A stretch of 59,274 bases of DNA, counting the filler. It is 4 parts of 4 records of this genome, joined end to end, with 100 filler letters (N's around TTAATTAATTAA, not from the genome) between each part and the next. Parts side by side here need not be neighbours in the genome. Positions count along the whole stretch, not along the records: positions 1 to 17,650 come from SRR20825019_220; positions 17,751 to 23,637 come from SRR20825019_227; 2 more parts are not named here. One strand, given 5' to 3'. The stretch's first letter is position 1. Every line of letters starts with the position of its first letter. The position numbers and the translations under genes were made by a program. Of the stretch, positions 11,176-21,766 are shown piece by piece. The notes below the pieces were generated by a model. The model was not told the origin of the DNA. It made no database searches and saw only the letters and a list, made by a program, of their open reading frames with translations.

Positions 11176-12070
11176 GGTGGGTGGACTCAACCGAGGCTCA
11201 CACTTGCCTATAAGCTACACATTATGAGGGTGTTCCAGCGATCACATATATGTTGTCAGTACGGGTGGTACAAAGTGATCAACGGCTTCTAACTCCAAGC
11301 AGCCGCCATGGATGAGGTTTAAGGTCCCCGCCACCAGACAAGCTGCATGAGTGGCACGCCGCTATAGCGGACATCGGAAGACCACTCTCGGCCAAGTTGG
11401 AACAGGGGTGTGAAGGCCGCCCAGTGAACTGAGGTCAAAGGAGTTAGGTGCCTAGAGAGGCTGGAAGGTGACGGGCAACCAAGAACATAACCCTGGTGTC
11501 GCGTTCCGGTTTGGGCTGGTCCTTGTTCGTGGATGAGTGGCCGTGTTGGCTAGTGAGTGAGCCTGGCGGTGGGCGGCCGCACGCGGGCGGCCCGGGCTAC
11601 GCATCGCCCCACGAAACAGTCTGCCTGACTCTGGTATATCCAATGTTTTCCCTAAATAGAGACTCAGCTATCGTATTTGGGGTCTTGACAGCAAACTGAC
11701 CAGATTCCCCCGAGGCCGTTGCGATCAATGACCAGTCGGACCCGGCGCCCGCTCGGGCCGCGTGGCACACGGCACACCCCCGGGTCACGGACGAGGGGGC
11801 CGCGACCGGCTCCAGTAAGGCTGCGCGTGCGGGCCGCGACGCGGGCCGCCCGGCGGCGCCCCCGGCTGCGCGGTGCTGTCGGGCACCCTCCTGGCGGGCG
11901 TGTCAACAGGCAGGGCGGCGGCGGGGTTGGGGCGGGGAGTGGGGCGGGGTTGGCCCCGCATCCACACAAGGAACAGGGGGACCTTCCAATGGTGACCATT
12001 CAGTTCCGAGTTCAGCTCTATCTTGAAAACATCCTGTAGCAACAATTCGAGAGATAAGGGCAACATAGTG

Positions 12071-12940
12071 ATGCTGGCAAGCAGGTATTTACGCTGTGCG
12101 TTCGGCCGTCAGCTCGTATGCCGTGCAAGCCGCCTGAACGGCGGTGCTCAGTCCCAAGTGGCGCCACGTTCGCACTTAAGTTCTCTGCCGTGGCGGTTTG
12201 TGCATCCAACCATTCCTTTGCGCAGTCATGCACCTAGTGCGCCGTCTTGTATTCCTCCGTTATATAATGGCATCCGGCTGTTCGCGAACTCAGCACCAGC
12301 ACCCCCCACCTATGTTCGTACAAAAAACTACAAAGGATGACATTTTACTGAATAGTGATACTTAGGTTACGAATTTTGACATCATTCAAAAGTATCGGAG
12401 AGTATCTGTAGTATCCGATACTGGAGAAATGCTTGGTGAAATGAGCTCGGAAGCAGCTCTAGAGATCGCGGAAGGTAAAGGCCTGGACTTAGTACAGGTC
12501 GCTACCTCGTCCAAGTCTCCGGTTTGTAAGATTCTCAACTTCAAAGAGTTTGCGGAGGCAAGAAGGAAGCAAACGAAGGCAGCGAAAACCAAGAAGGTAA
12601 CATCCATTAGGCGCAGTGAAGAACTGCTTGGTTAACACATGTGCCGTCATAGAGTGCCATCCCAAAAGAGAAGGAAGTCAGGCTCTCCACTCGAATTGGC
12701 CCTCATGACATGAAGGTAAAGGTGAATCAGGCCATCAAGTTTTTGGACAAAGGCCATCGTGTGAGGATATCAGTTGAGCTTCCTCGAAGCCGCTATCAAG
12801 CCCGAGGGCGCCCCCACCAACAGGTTTTGAAGGAAGCCACTGCTCTCGTCGCTAAAGTTGGATCGCCTGAGGATGAGCCCAAGTTGAGGCACCATCTCTT
12901 CAGCCAGTTCTTCAAGCCAACTGCCAGGAAGAGCAACTAG
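12071..12940 (+). CDS. infC: Organellar (probably mitochondrial) translation initiation factor IF-3; introns 12314-12365 and 12597-12652
   Basis: Arg/Ser/Ala-rich N-terminal presequence; IF3-N motif 'GEMLGEMSSEAALEIAEGKGLDLVQVA..PVCKILNF'; IF3-C motif 'KEVRLSTRIGPHDMKVKVNQAIKFLDKGHRVRISV'. Both introns are GT-AG and restore the frame. Confidence 0.88.
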
Positions 12941-12995
12941 TGATTGTCATCCACAGCACTGAATGATCTCACTCCAGTGTGCCGCCAACACACCC

Positions 12996-15900
12996 TCATT
13001 TTTGAGCTAGCTGGCTTGCCAACTGATATTGCTTGGATACCAGCTATGCCAGGATTAGTATGCTACCATGTATAAATATTTCCTTGTACTCACCTTTTGT
13101 CGAAGTGAAAGGAGTGCAGCCTCTTTCGCGGCACAGGAGCTGGCCACCTGCATACACTTAGAAATAGTACTATCTCAACCCCCCATCCCCTGTGTTCGAA
13201 CCTTGGAATATGTCGCATGGTTCAGGGACTGTATGTGCTTAAGTTTGGCCATGATCGGTTCGCCCTCCACGGCTCCCATTTCATCTGGGGAAATTTATCA
13301 GCCTCGTCCAGCAATGGCACGGGCCGGACTTACCATTCAAATCCATTGGTTGCATTCGGCGAATGGGTGCAAGCATTTCACCTGTCGTGAGTGGCGCGGT
13401 TACAACGGCGCCGTCTTCCGCCGCCAACTCGGCTTCAACGGAGTCTTCGGGGGCTGCTAAAATTGCAGCAATCATGTACGTATTCCTCGCATTGCATCTT
13501 TTCAAACAGCTCTCGTTCTGGCCCTTTCCAACAGATCGCCACACCATGGTGAAGGGGAAGATAATCCATGCCAAAAGTATGACAATATAAAATGCAGATA
13601 TTGAAGAGTACTTCCCTAGGTCTGATGCGAGAGTGGGAACTATCTCGTATGCTTGCAACAGGACTGCACAAATAAATAGAATATTGGAAGCAACACCCTG
13701 AATGTTGTACAGCGCATTATCATCGATTCCTTTGAAAGGCCCAATGTACATCCGCATCATAGAGAAGCAAAGAAGTATCATTGCGACTAATCCTAGGCTA
13801 TCGAACATGCCAAAATAAGTGCAAGCTAGAGCCATGCCGCACAAAAATTTGGTAAGAATTTCTGCAATTTCCCACCACCAGAAGAAGCGCTTGTATCGCT
13901 CAGTAAGAACAAGTTGCGAGAAACGGAGCTTGAGGTGGACGCCGAATCGCCCGAAAATAATAGTGGTCGTTGTGACAAGAACGGGTATCCCAATAGAGTA
14001 CAAAACGAAAAAGAATCCAGCCATTCCAACTAGAACCTCGTAAGAGTCCCCATGGTAACCTGTTGATCCCATCACGCATTCAATATCAGGAGCATTCGCC
14101 ATCACGTGAATATTGGTGTTGTCTAATGGAACACACCAGAACGGCTCCAGCACATTCCGATGTATCCAAAAATAGAAGCAAGATAAACAATTGCAAGTAG
14201 CCAAGCACATGCCAATCGCCACGTCACTCGTGGTAAACCTATCAGGGTCATCTTTCGATTGCCTCTTCGACCATATGCCCGCCAAAGGTAGCAGGGAAGC
14301 CAGAAATGTCAACGCACCTATAATTGGCATTAGGTTACGAAGCGCATAGTAAACAGTAAAAGCATTGTCAGGAAAGGCGCAAGACAGTGACGCCATTTGG
14401 GAGTCGATTGTGGACATATAGTTCATCGCAATCACAAGGCTTGAGATATCGTATCAGCGGCAAGGAATAATAGATGACATGACTTCACTTACTCGTGCAC
14501 AGACGACGGGAGTGTAAGACCAAATGACATGATCACACTAGCAATGTTCAAAAGGCATATCAGTGCTGCTAAAGGCCTGAAGGAGTACGTGGCCAGCGAA
14601 TATGCGATCTGAAGACCCCCTTTTCCCTTTGTAAACCCAGCAGTGAGCACACCAAAAAGGCATGTAAACCCTAAAATAGTGCCTATAACACCCAGCGGTG
14701 CCAGAATTACAACAGTTCCAGCGACAGCCGCCACCGGGCATTCTACACAAAACGAGTTCAGGCGAAAGTAGCCACTATTACATCGCCGGCATGCATGACC
14801 GGAATAGCCTGTTGCGCAGCCGTCTGTTTCCCCGGGACAAGCTGCATGCGGAAAGCATTCATGTGTATCCGACCCATTCACGTGCTCTCTTGAGGAAGTG
14901 ACAATGTATAGCTCGTCCTCTGTGGCCCAGAAGCCTGCCTCGGGAACGGGGACATTGGATCCGAAGGGGCACTTACTATGGCTCACGCATTCACGGCATC
15001 CCACCGTAAGATTGTAGCCCCCAAAGTATCCTTCTGCGCACTTGCAATCTGATATTGACGTGGCTAGACTTCTCGCAAGAGTTGTATAATCGCCCGGACA
15101 CTTCTTGCACGGTATAGTGGCCCCTTCGATGTCCATATAGTAGCCCTCATCACACCGATCGCAAGTCCTAGAGGTCGAGTTGTACGTGGTCCCCTTCTCA
15201 CATAATGAGCAAACAGACATCCCGGACATGGCAGTGCTAGATCCAATTGGACAAACTTTGCATTCCGTCTGACCAATCGCATCTGTATAATTTGATATCG
15301 CACATCCTGTGCACTAAAGCACGTGTTATTGCAAGACTGAAGGTACGAATTCAACGGCAACTCACTGCAGTGGCATTGTATGTGTTGGAATAATAGCCTC
15401 GAGGACAATCTAAACACTGCCCCGCATCGGGGGTATACTTTCCAGGAGGACACTCTCGACACGCTCCATTGACCCCAAAAGGGCTCCACAGAGGTCTAAC
15501 ACACGGCTCGCAGTAAGATGAAGACGTGTCGAAACGACCACGATACCCCGCATCACAGGGAATGCAAACATGCTTCCCGTCGACTGCGGCGCGTACCCGC
15601 ACCCTCATTACTGTAGTTTGAACATCTGCATCGGGCACAACAAATACATACTCGTTCCCAATGACTGGGATGAGTCCATTCTGATACCTACAAGACTCCT
15701 GGGTAATATGCTTGAATACTTGGCCATATTCACTCTGAGTCGTCGTATTGTAACCCAAGCAATAAGAAAATACTCCGCCGCGCCTGTGCTTACGTGTCAG
15801 TTTGGCCAGGATACAACACAAGGCCGACGCCAGCACTTACGCTACTCCTTCAAGATCAGTAATTTCTCCGGCCCCTATTGCCACGTAGGTTCCATCCTCT

Positions 15901-17231
15901 GATGTTACAACCATGTATGAATAATCTTTGCCTTTTTGATCAGGGGGGACAAGATCACTGATCTTTCCAAAGTTGTCACTCCCTCCAGTATTGATCCCGA
16001 AGACAACTCCCTTTCCGGCCCAGTGATCTGCTGGCCCTATTTCTGCCCTTGCTCTGTACCCACCAACGACCAATGTACTTGCTGACATTGCCAGTGGATA
16101 GCCTGTGTCCATGACCTCAGCGTTGATTTCTGAACCAACAATTATTCTTGGGAGTGATCCCCAATTGCTAGTTCCTCCTGCGACACGGCATCAGTGCTCT
16201 GTCGAGCTCCTGGAAAATTGCAACAACCTTGGTCCTTTTTGTATATTACAATCTCAGTGGATTGCCCATTCAGATCCTGGCATCCAACCGCGGCGTAATC
16301 TCCGTAAACCGTGATTCCCTTGGGCTCCTGTCCACAAGTACTCCAATTTTGTGTTGTTGGGTTTGTGTTCAATTGGCGCCTTCCCCAATTATCGGTGCCT
16401 ACTCAGGGTTAGTGATTTACAACGAAAAGAACAAAGACTATACCCCCAAAATGCCTCTCATACACGTAAACGGCACCCTTACTGGCCCTCTGTGGTTGAG
16501 CGGCCACAAGAATGTTCCCCTGCACCGCAACAGAAGCTGTATGCAGTTATCAGGAAACATGCAAGAACATTATACAATATACACACCGCCAAAGTTGTCA
16601 ACGTTGGTATTTGAGCCAGTTTCAGTTTTGGTTGCCCGCAAACCCCAGTTGTCGGTACCTCCATTATCCCTATTCCACGTTGTATGAGTCCATTTGTCTA
16701 AGCACATGACCACATGTGTACTTCTCAAATATATATACTGATCCTTTGGAGGTTGAAGCAGCATTGTAAGTCTTATCTCCGACAACTAGAATGTCGTTAT
16801 ATAGAGATAGGTCGTTGGCGTGTTCACTAGTCCAACCAGCAGGCTGTGGAATTTCCTTGACCTGAAGACAAGTAAGACGAGTGGAACCCATGGAGGACTA
16901 TTTTGCCAAGTGCAATATATCGGCATACCAAGCCCCAGTTGTCTACTCCGCCTTGGTCCTTCTCGTAAATGAATACTTTTTCATCGAAATAAGCCACAGC
17001 TAAACGATCACCGTGCGCGGCCATCTGTTTGATCTTCGTTGTTCCACGGGTACTGCGAATAATAGTTGGAATCTTGTTACCCTAGTACCAAGCAAGACCC
17101 ATGCAGTACACTCACGTCGTTGTCAATAATGTCATTCTTTCCGTGTCATCTACCATCACATTATAAGCGGCCACTGCGGCCACCATACATATACATGACA
17201 ACAGCAGGCAGGACAGCGATCGCCTGCCCAT
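12996..17231 (-). CDS. Large multi-exon surface/membrane protein: signal peptide, FG-GAP-like beta-propeller repeats, Cys-rich (GCC2/GCC3, ephrin-receptor-like) repeats, multi-TM C-terminus
   Basis: ATG at 17231 gives the signal-like MGRRSLSCLLLSCICMVAAVAA. Repeats include 'VFIYEKDQGGVDNWGL', 'GSVYIFEK..DNGGTDNWGL' and 'GGSDNFGKISDL'. There are CxxCxxG repeats and a 'GYSGHACRRCNSGYF' motif, then a hydrophobic region with 'ERYKRFFWWWEIAEIL'. Many ~50-60 nt introns; the final exons are inferred to end at TGA 12996-12998. Confidence 0.75.
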
Positions 17232-17650
17232 CTTCGTGGCTACAACAAGGTCTCAATGAAGGGTAGATACTGGTATATTCTCGGTGTTAGAGACTCTGCA
17301 GAGTGAAATACTTAAACCGAGCCCTGATGACTGCCCGCAGCACAAGCAGCCAGCCGCCGAGGAGGAAGTGTTACAGCAGTCGTCCTTAGCAGAAAACCAC
17401 AAGAGTACCCTTCAGCTCTCCTGCTCGCCAGTAGCACTTGGTGAAGTCTCATTTGGCGGCCTTCAGAGCAGACCCAGTCCTCTTACTGGAAGTTGTCGAC
17501 TGTGTATCGCAAACTCTTTAGGCCGGCATGCTCGAGGTTCGCCGCTATGACATCTCGGCGGAGTTACTGACCGCAACCGGTCCCCCTTTCCTACTTTGAC
17601 CGGCAAAGGGCGAGGGCATTCCCGGGCTGGGGGGGGGGGGGGGGGGCCCC

Positions 17651-17750
17651 NNNNNNNNNNNNNNNNNNNNNNNNNNNNNNNNNNNNNNNNNNNNTTAATT
17701 AATTAANNNNNNNNNNNNNNNNNNNNNNNNNNNNNNNNNNNNNNNNNNNN
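17651..17750. other. Artificial contig spacer (N44 + TTAATTAATTAA six-frame-stop linker + N44)
   Basis: Seen directly; base composition and gene style switch from eukaryotic to flavobacterial across it. Confidence 0.99.
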
Positions 17751-19931
17751 CGTCTTGAATTTGATGGAACAATGAAGCCATATTCTGCACAGCCAAATAA
17801 TGTAAAAGATTTTTTTGAAACCGGATCAAGTATGGTTAATACTTTGGCTTTAACAGCTGGTTCAGAAAAAGCAACAGTACGTTTTTCTTATACAAATTCT
17901 GACTTAGAATCAATCTTACCAAACTCTAATGTAAAACGTAATAATTTTAATTTAAGAGGTACAGCAAATCTTTCTGATAAATTATCTTTAGATGCTAAAA
18001 TCACTTATTTTTTACAGGATGCTAAAAATAGACCAACTCAAGGAACAGAAGGAGTTGTTGCTTATGTGTATCCTTTAGCAAGAAATATTGATGTTAATGA
18101 TTTAAAGAATTATCAAGATTTAGAAAATCCAATAGATCCTACCAATCCATATAGAGTTATTGCTCCAACATCTTCAGGTGGAAACCCATATTGGATGTTA
18201 GAAAACGATTATAATGGAGATACAAGAACCCGTGTTACTGGATTTGCAAAATTAGAATATAAATTTACAGATTGGTTATCTGCTTTTGCTAGAGTTGGTA
18301 CAGATGCAGTTCAACAAGATACTGAGGCATATGAAGCAACTGGACATCACTTTTTTCCTGATGGAAGAATCCGTTTTAGTAAAAATGATAGAACAGAAAC
18401 AAATTACGATTTCTTATTAATGTTTAATAAAGATGTAGGAGGGAACTTTAATATTTCTGCAAATGCAGGAGGGAACATGAGACATTCTACATTTATTTCT
18501 TCTTCTACAAATGGATATGATTTTAAGATTCCAGGAAAGTATTTTTTAGATAATACAGATGGTTCTCAACTTACAGCAACACAGTCAGATTTAATAGAAA
18601 AAAGGGTTAACTCGGTTTATGGATCTACATCATTTTCTTATAAGGATATGGTGTATTTAGATCTTACTGCTAGAAATGATTGGTCTTCTGCATTGGCAGC
18701 AGAAAACAGATCGTATTTTTATAGTTCTGCTAGTGTGAGTGTACTTTTAAATGAAATATTTAATCTTCAAGAGTCTAATATTAACTTATTGAAGCTTAAA
18801 GCAAGTACAGCTAGTGTTGGTAACGACACTGGGGCTCAGCAAATAGTAAATTTATTTTCAGTAGCATCAAATGGATATTTAGGAAACACACAAATTAATA
18901 GACCTAATATTAGATTTAGTGAAAGCCTTCAGCCAGAAGATGTAAAATCAAATGAATTTGGTTTAGAGTTCAAAGCTTTCAATAATAGATTATATGCAGA
19001 CTTTGCTTATTACGATATTAGTAGTAAAAACTTAATCTTTGATGTTCCTGTAGATCCAGGTACTGGATACGATTTCTTTAGAGAAAATGTAGGGGAGATT
19101 ACTAACAAAGGTTTTGAGATATTAGTGGGAGGAACTCCAGTAAGCAATCAGAACTTTGGTTGGGATGTCTCTGTAAATATGGCTAAGAATAAAAACGAAT
19201 TAGTAAGTTTAATTGATGGGCAAGAAAACTTTACTTTTAGTTCTAGTAATGGAGGGATTGTAGATGTAAGAGCTCAAGTAGGAGAAGGATATGGAGATAT
19301 CTATGCTACCGATTGGTTGCGTAACGATAATGGAGACCTTGTTTTAACTGCTGAAGGTCGCCCACAAGCAACTTCAGAGCGTGTGAAAGTAGGAAATTAT
19401 CAGCCAGATTTTTCAGGAGGTTTTACAAATACTTTTAGAATTAAAGATTTTACATTAAACGCTTTAGTTGATTTTAGAGTTGGTGGAGAAGTATTTTCTT
19501 ATACAGATGCACAACTTGATGCAACAGGAGTTTCTAAAAAATCTTTACAATACAGAGATGGTGGTGTTGTAGTAGATGGTGTTATTGATGACGGTAATGG
19601 TAATTACACCCAAAATACAGAGAATATTACTGCTCAAGAATATTGGGGGGCTGTAAGTGGGATAGGTTCAGAATATGTGTTTTCTCAAACAAATGTACGT
19701 TTAAGAGAATTGAGTTTAACTTATAACTTACCTTCTAAATTTTTGGATCGCTCCTTCTTAACAGGTTTGTCTTTAAGTGCAGTAGGTAGAAACTTATTCT
19801 TTATTTACAAAGAAGCTGATAATTTTGATCCAGAATCTAGTTACTCAACTTCTAACTTGGGGCAAGGAGTGTTATTTTATGCGCTTCCAACAACAAGAAG
19901 CATCGGACTTAGTTTGAACGTTAAATTTTAA
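17751..19931 (+). CDS. susC: SusC/RagA-family TonB-dependent transporter (5' truncated)
   Basis: Beta-barrel with 'YLDLTARNDWSSAL', 'GEITNKGFE', 'RLRELSLTYNLP' and C-terminal 'PTTRSIGLSLNVKF'; directly followed by susD. Confidence 0.95.
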   Translation, partial: RLEFDGTMKPYSAQPNNVKDFFETGSSMVNTLALTAGSEKATVRFSYTNSDLESILPNSNVKRNNFNLRGTANLSDKLSLDAKITYFLQDAKNRPTQGTEGVVAYVYPLARNIDVNDLKNYQDLENPIDPTNPYRVIAPTSSGGNPYWMLENDYNGDTRTRVTGFAKLEYKFTDWLSAFARVGTDAVQQDTEAYEATGHHFFPDGRIRFSKNDRTETNYDFLLMFNKDVGGNFNISANAGGNMRHSTFISSSTNGYDFKIPGKYFLDNTDGSQLTATQSDLIEKRVNSVYGSTSFSYKDMVYLDLTARNDWSSALAAENRSYFYSSASVSVLLNEIFNLQESNINLLKLKASTASVGNDTGAQQIVNLFSVASNGYLGNTQINRPNIRFSESLQPEDVKSNEFGLEFKAFNNRLYADFAYYDISSKNLIFDVPVDPGTGYDFFRENVGEITNKGFEILVGGTPVSNQNFGWDVSVNMAKNKNELVSLIDGQENFTFSSSNGGIVDVRAQVGEGYGDIYATDWLRNDNGDLVLTAEGRPQATSERVKVGNYQPDFSGGFTNTFRIKDFTLNALVDFRVGGEVFSYTDAQLDATGVSKKSLQYRDGGVVVDGVIDDGNGNYTQNTENITAQEYWGAVSGIGSEYVFSQTNVRLRELSLTYNLPSKFLDRSFLTGLSLSAVGRNLFFIYKEADNFDPESSYSTSNLGQGVLFYALPTTRSIGLSLNVKF

Positions 19932-19942
19932 AAATGTACGCC

Positions 19943-21613
19943 ATGAAAAAATTCAAATATATAACAGGTCTTTTGTGCCTCCTAGTAGGAATATCTTGTA
20001 CAAAAGATTTTGACGAAATAAATACAAATAATCAAGGCTTTACCTCAGATGAGGTGAGTGCAAAATATTTCTTAACTAGTGCTCAGGTTGGTCTATATGC
20101 TCCTGGTCGTTTCGAATATTGGAGAGCCCATTTAATTCATACCGATAGATTTGCGGGGCATTTTACTTTTGGAATGAACCAAAGTTGGTGGGCAGATGGA
20201 CTTTCTTACACTTATGATCCTGGATATACAGATGCGGCATACGACTGGCTCGCAGGATATTTTGGAAATATTAAATCGTTTGGAGATTTAACAGCTGAAG
20301 GAGGAGAGTTTGAAAATCAGTTTATGTATGCAATGTCCTTAATTATGAAAGGACTTTATTACCAAATGTATACAGATACTTTTGGTATGGTTCCATTTAG
20401 TGAAGCTGGAGTAGAGGGGGTTTTGACTCCTAAATATGATACTCAAATGGAAATTTATGAAGGCATTATAGCTGATCTTGATACTGCTATGAATATTATT
20501 GGAGATGAAGAAAGAACAGGTTTAGGAATTGATGATGCAGGAGCTAATGATGTTTACTGTGGAGGTGATTTACAGTTGTGGAAAAAATTAGCAAATACTT
20601 TAAAGTTAAGATTAGGAACTCGTGCTTTAGGAGCTCCTGGTGAGAATTTTGCAACTCAAACTATAACAGAAGCAATGTCGCAGCCTCTTTTAGATGCTGG
20701 AAGCGGTAGTGTAACAATGAAAAAAGACTTTGTTATTAGTGAGTGGACATCTTCTTCTTATGGAGATGTATGGAATGATTTTGGAGCAGGATCAGACTGG
20801 ACTGTTAGTCAGCCTCTTATTAATTTACTTCAAGATAATAACGATCCTAGGTTAGCTATCTATGCAAAACCAGCTAAAGGAGGGACTTTTAATTTTGAAA
20901 ATGATGGAGATGATGATTTTATGGAGAGAGTAGATTTTATGGAAGCTGCTTTAATAGCTGCTGGTGCTACTTATACAAGAACAGATAATGGAAACACTGT
21001 GGTGTTAGAAGTACCATCAGGGCAATATATTGGTCAGCCAGTTAGAATGAATGGTTTAACTATGCCATACGTTCGTTATGACCTGTTTAGTACTCCTTCG
21101 GATGCTATTATCCAGCCAAGAGGTAAAGAAGCAGAAGGATATCCAGAAATAATAATTAGTAGTGCAGACTCTTATTTTTTACAAGCGGAAGCTGCTGTTA
21201 AAGGTATTGGTTCTGGAGATGCGCAAGCTTTATTCACTTCTGGTATAAAAGAGGCTATGAAGCTATGGAATATAGGAGAAGGAGATGCAGATACTTATAT
21301 TGCATCAAGTGCTATTGCTGATATTTCTGTAGGAACAACAGAAGAGAAATTAGAAAAAATAGCATTACAGCGTTGGTTGGCAAGCTATACAGATGGTTTT
21401 GAAGCTTGGGCAGTTGTAAGAAAAACTGGTTACCCTCAAGAGTTAGCTGCTGGAGTTAACAACCAAACTATTTTTGAATTAGGAACTTTAAATGGAGCAT
21501 ACCCACAAAGGCTTCGTTATGGAACTGGAGCACAGGCAAATCCTAATTTTAATGCTGCAATTAGTACGCAAGGACCAGATGCGCAAGGAACAAAATTGTG
21601 GTGGGCAAAATAA
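19943..21613 (+). CDS. susD: SusD/RagB-family surface lipoprotein
   Basis: Lipobox (LLVGIS-C), 'TDTFGMVPFSEA', 'PKYDTQ..IY', 'DPRL', 'QRW', 'PQRLRY' and C-terminal 'KLWWAK'. The second ATG (19943) is the likelier start. Confidence 0.93.
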   Translation: MKKFKYITGLLCLLVGISCTKDFDEINTNNQGFTSDEVSAKYFLTSAQVGLYAPGRFEYWRAHLIHTDRFAGHFTFGMNQSWWADGLSYTYDPGYTDAAYDWLAGYFGNIKSFGDLTAEGGEFENQFMYAMSLIMKGLYYQMYTDTFGMVPFSEAGVEGVLTPKYDTQMEIYEGIIADLDTAMNIIGDEERTGLGIDDAGANDVYCGGDLQLWKKLANTLKLRLGTRALGAPGENFATQTITEAMSQPLLDAGSGSVTMKKDFVISEWTSSSYGDVWNDFGAGSDWTVSQPLINLLQDNNDPRLAIYAKPAKGGTFNFENDGDDDFMERVDFMEAALIAAGATYTRTDNGNTVVLEVPSGQYIGQPVRMNGLTMPYVRYDLFSTPSDAIIQPRGKEAEGYPEIIISSADSYFLQAEAAVKGIGSGDAQALFTSGIKEAMKLWNIGEGDADTYIASSAIADISVGTTEEKLEKIALQRWLASYTDGFEAWAVVRKTGYPQELAAGVNNQTIFELGTLNGAYPQRLRYGTGAQANPNFNAAISTQGPDAQGTKLWWAK

Positions 21614-21644
21614 AATACTGTTAGTTAATTAATATTCCCTCATT

Positions 21645-21676
21645 GGTCGTCTAAATTTATTAGGCGACCTTTTTTT
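21645..21676 (+). terminator. Rho-independent terminator after susD
   Basis: GGTCGTCTAA-ATTTA-TTAGGCGACC hairpin followed by T7. Confidence 0.85.
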
Positions 21677-21703
21677 ATATAATATATTTATGGGGATAAC
21701 TAA

Positions 21704-21747
21704 CTGATAATTATCATTTTTTGCAGAGGCTTATAGTAGTATTTTTG
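21704..21747 (+). promoter_or_regulatory. FNR/CRP-like box and Bacteroidetes sigma-ABfr-type promoter upstream of hemN
   Basis: CTGAT-AATT-ATCAT at 21704-21717 resembles the TTGAT-N4-ATCAA consensus; TATTTTTG at 21740-21747 fits the TAnnTTTG -7 element. Confidence 0.6.
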
Positions 21748-21766
21748 TGTGGCAAATTGTGAGATT

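Noticed and set aside
11452-12066. Short ORFs between the polycystin and IF3 genes
   Set aside because: Same GC-island artefact.
17627-17650. Poly-G run at the contig end as a telomere or G4 element
   Set aside because: A homopolymer at an assembly end is likely a sequencing or assembly artefact; there is no telomeric repeat unit.
17651-17750. Apparent eukaryote-bacterium junction (HGT) and repeated TTAATTAATTAA motif
   Set aside because: Synthetic six-frame-stop linker inside N padding, repeated identically three times.
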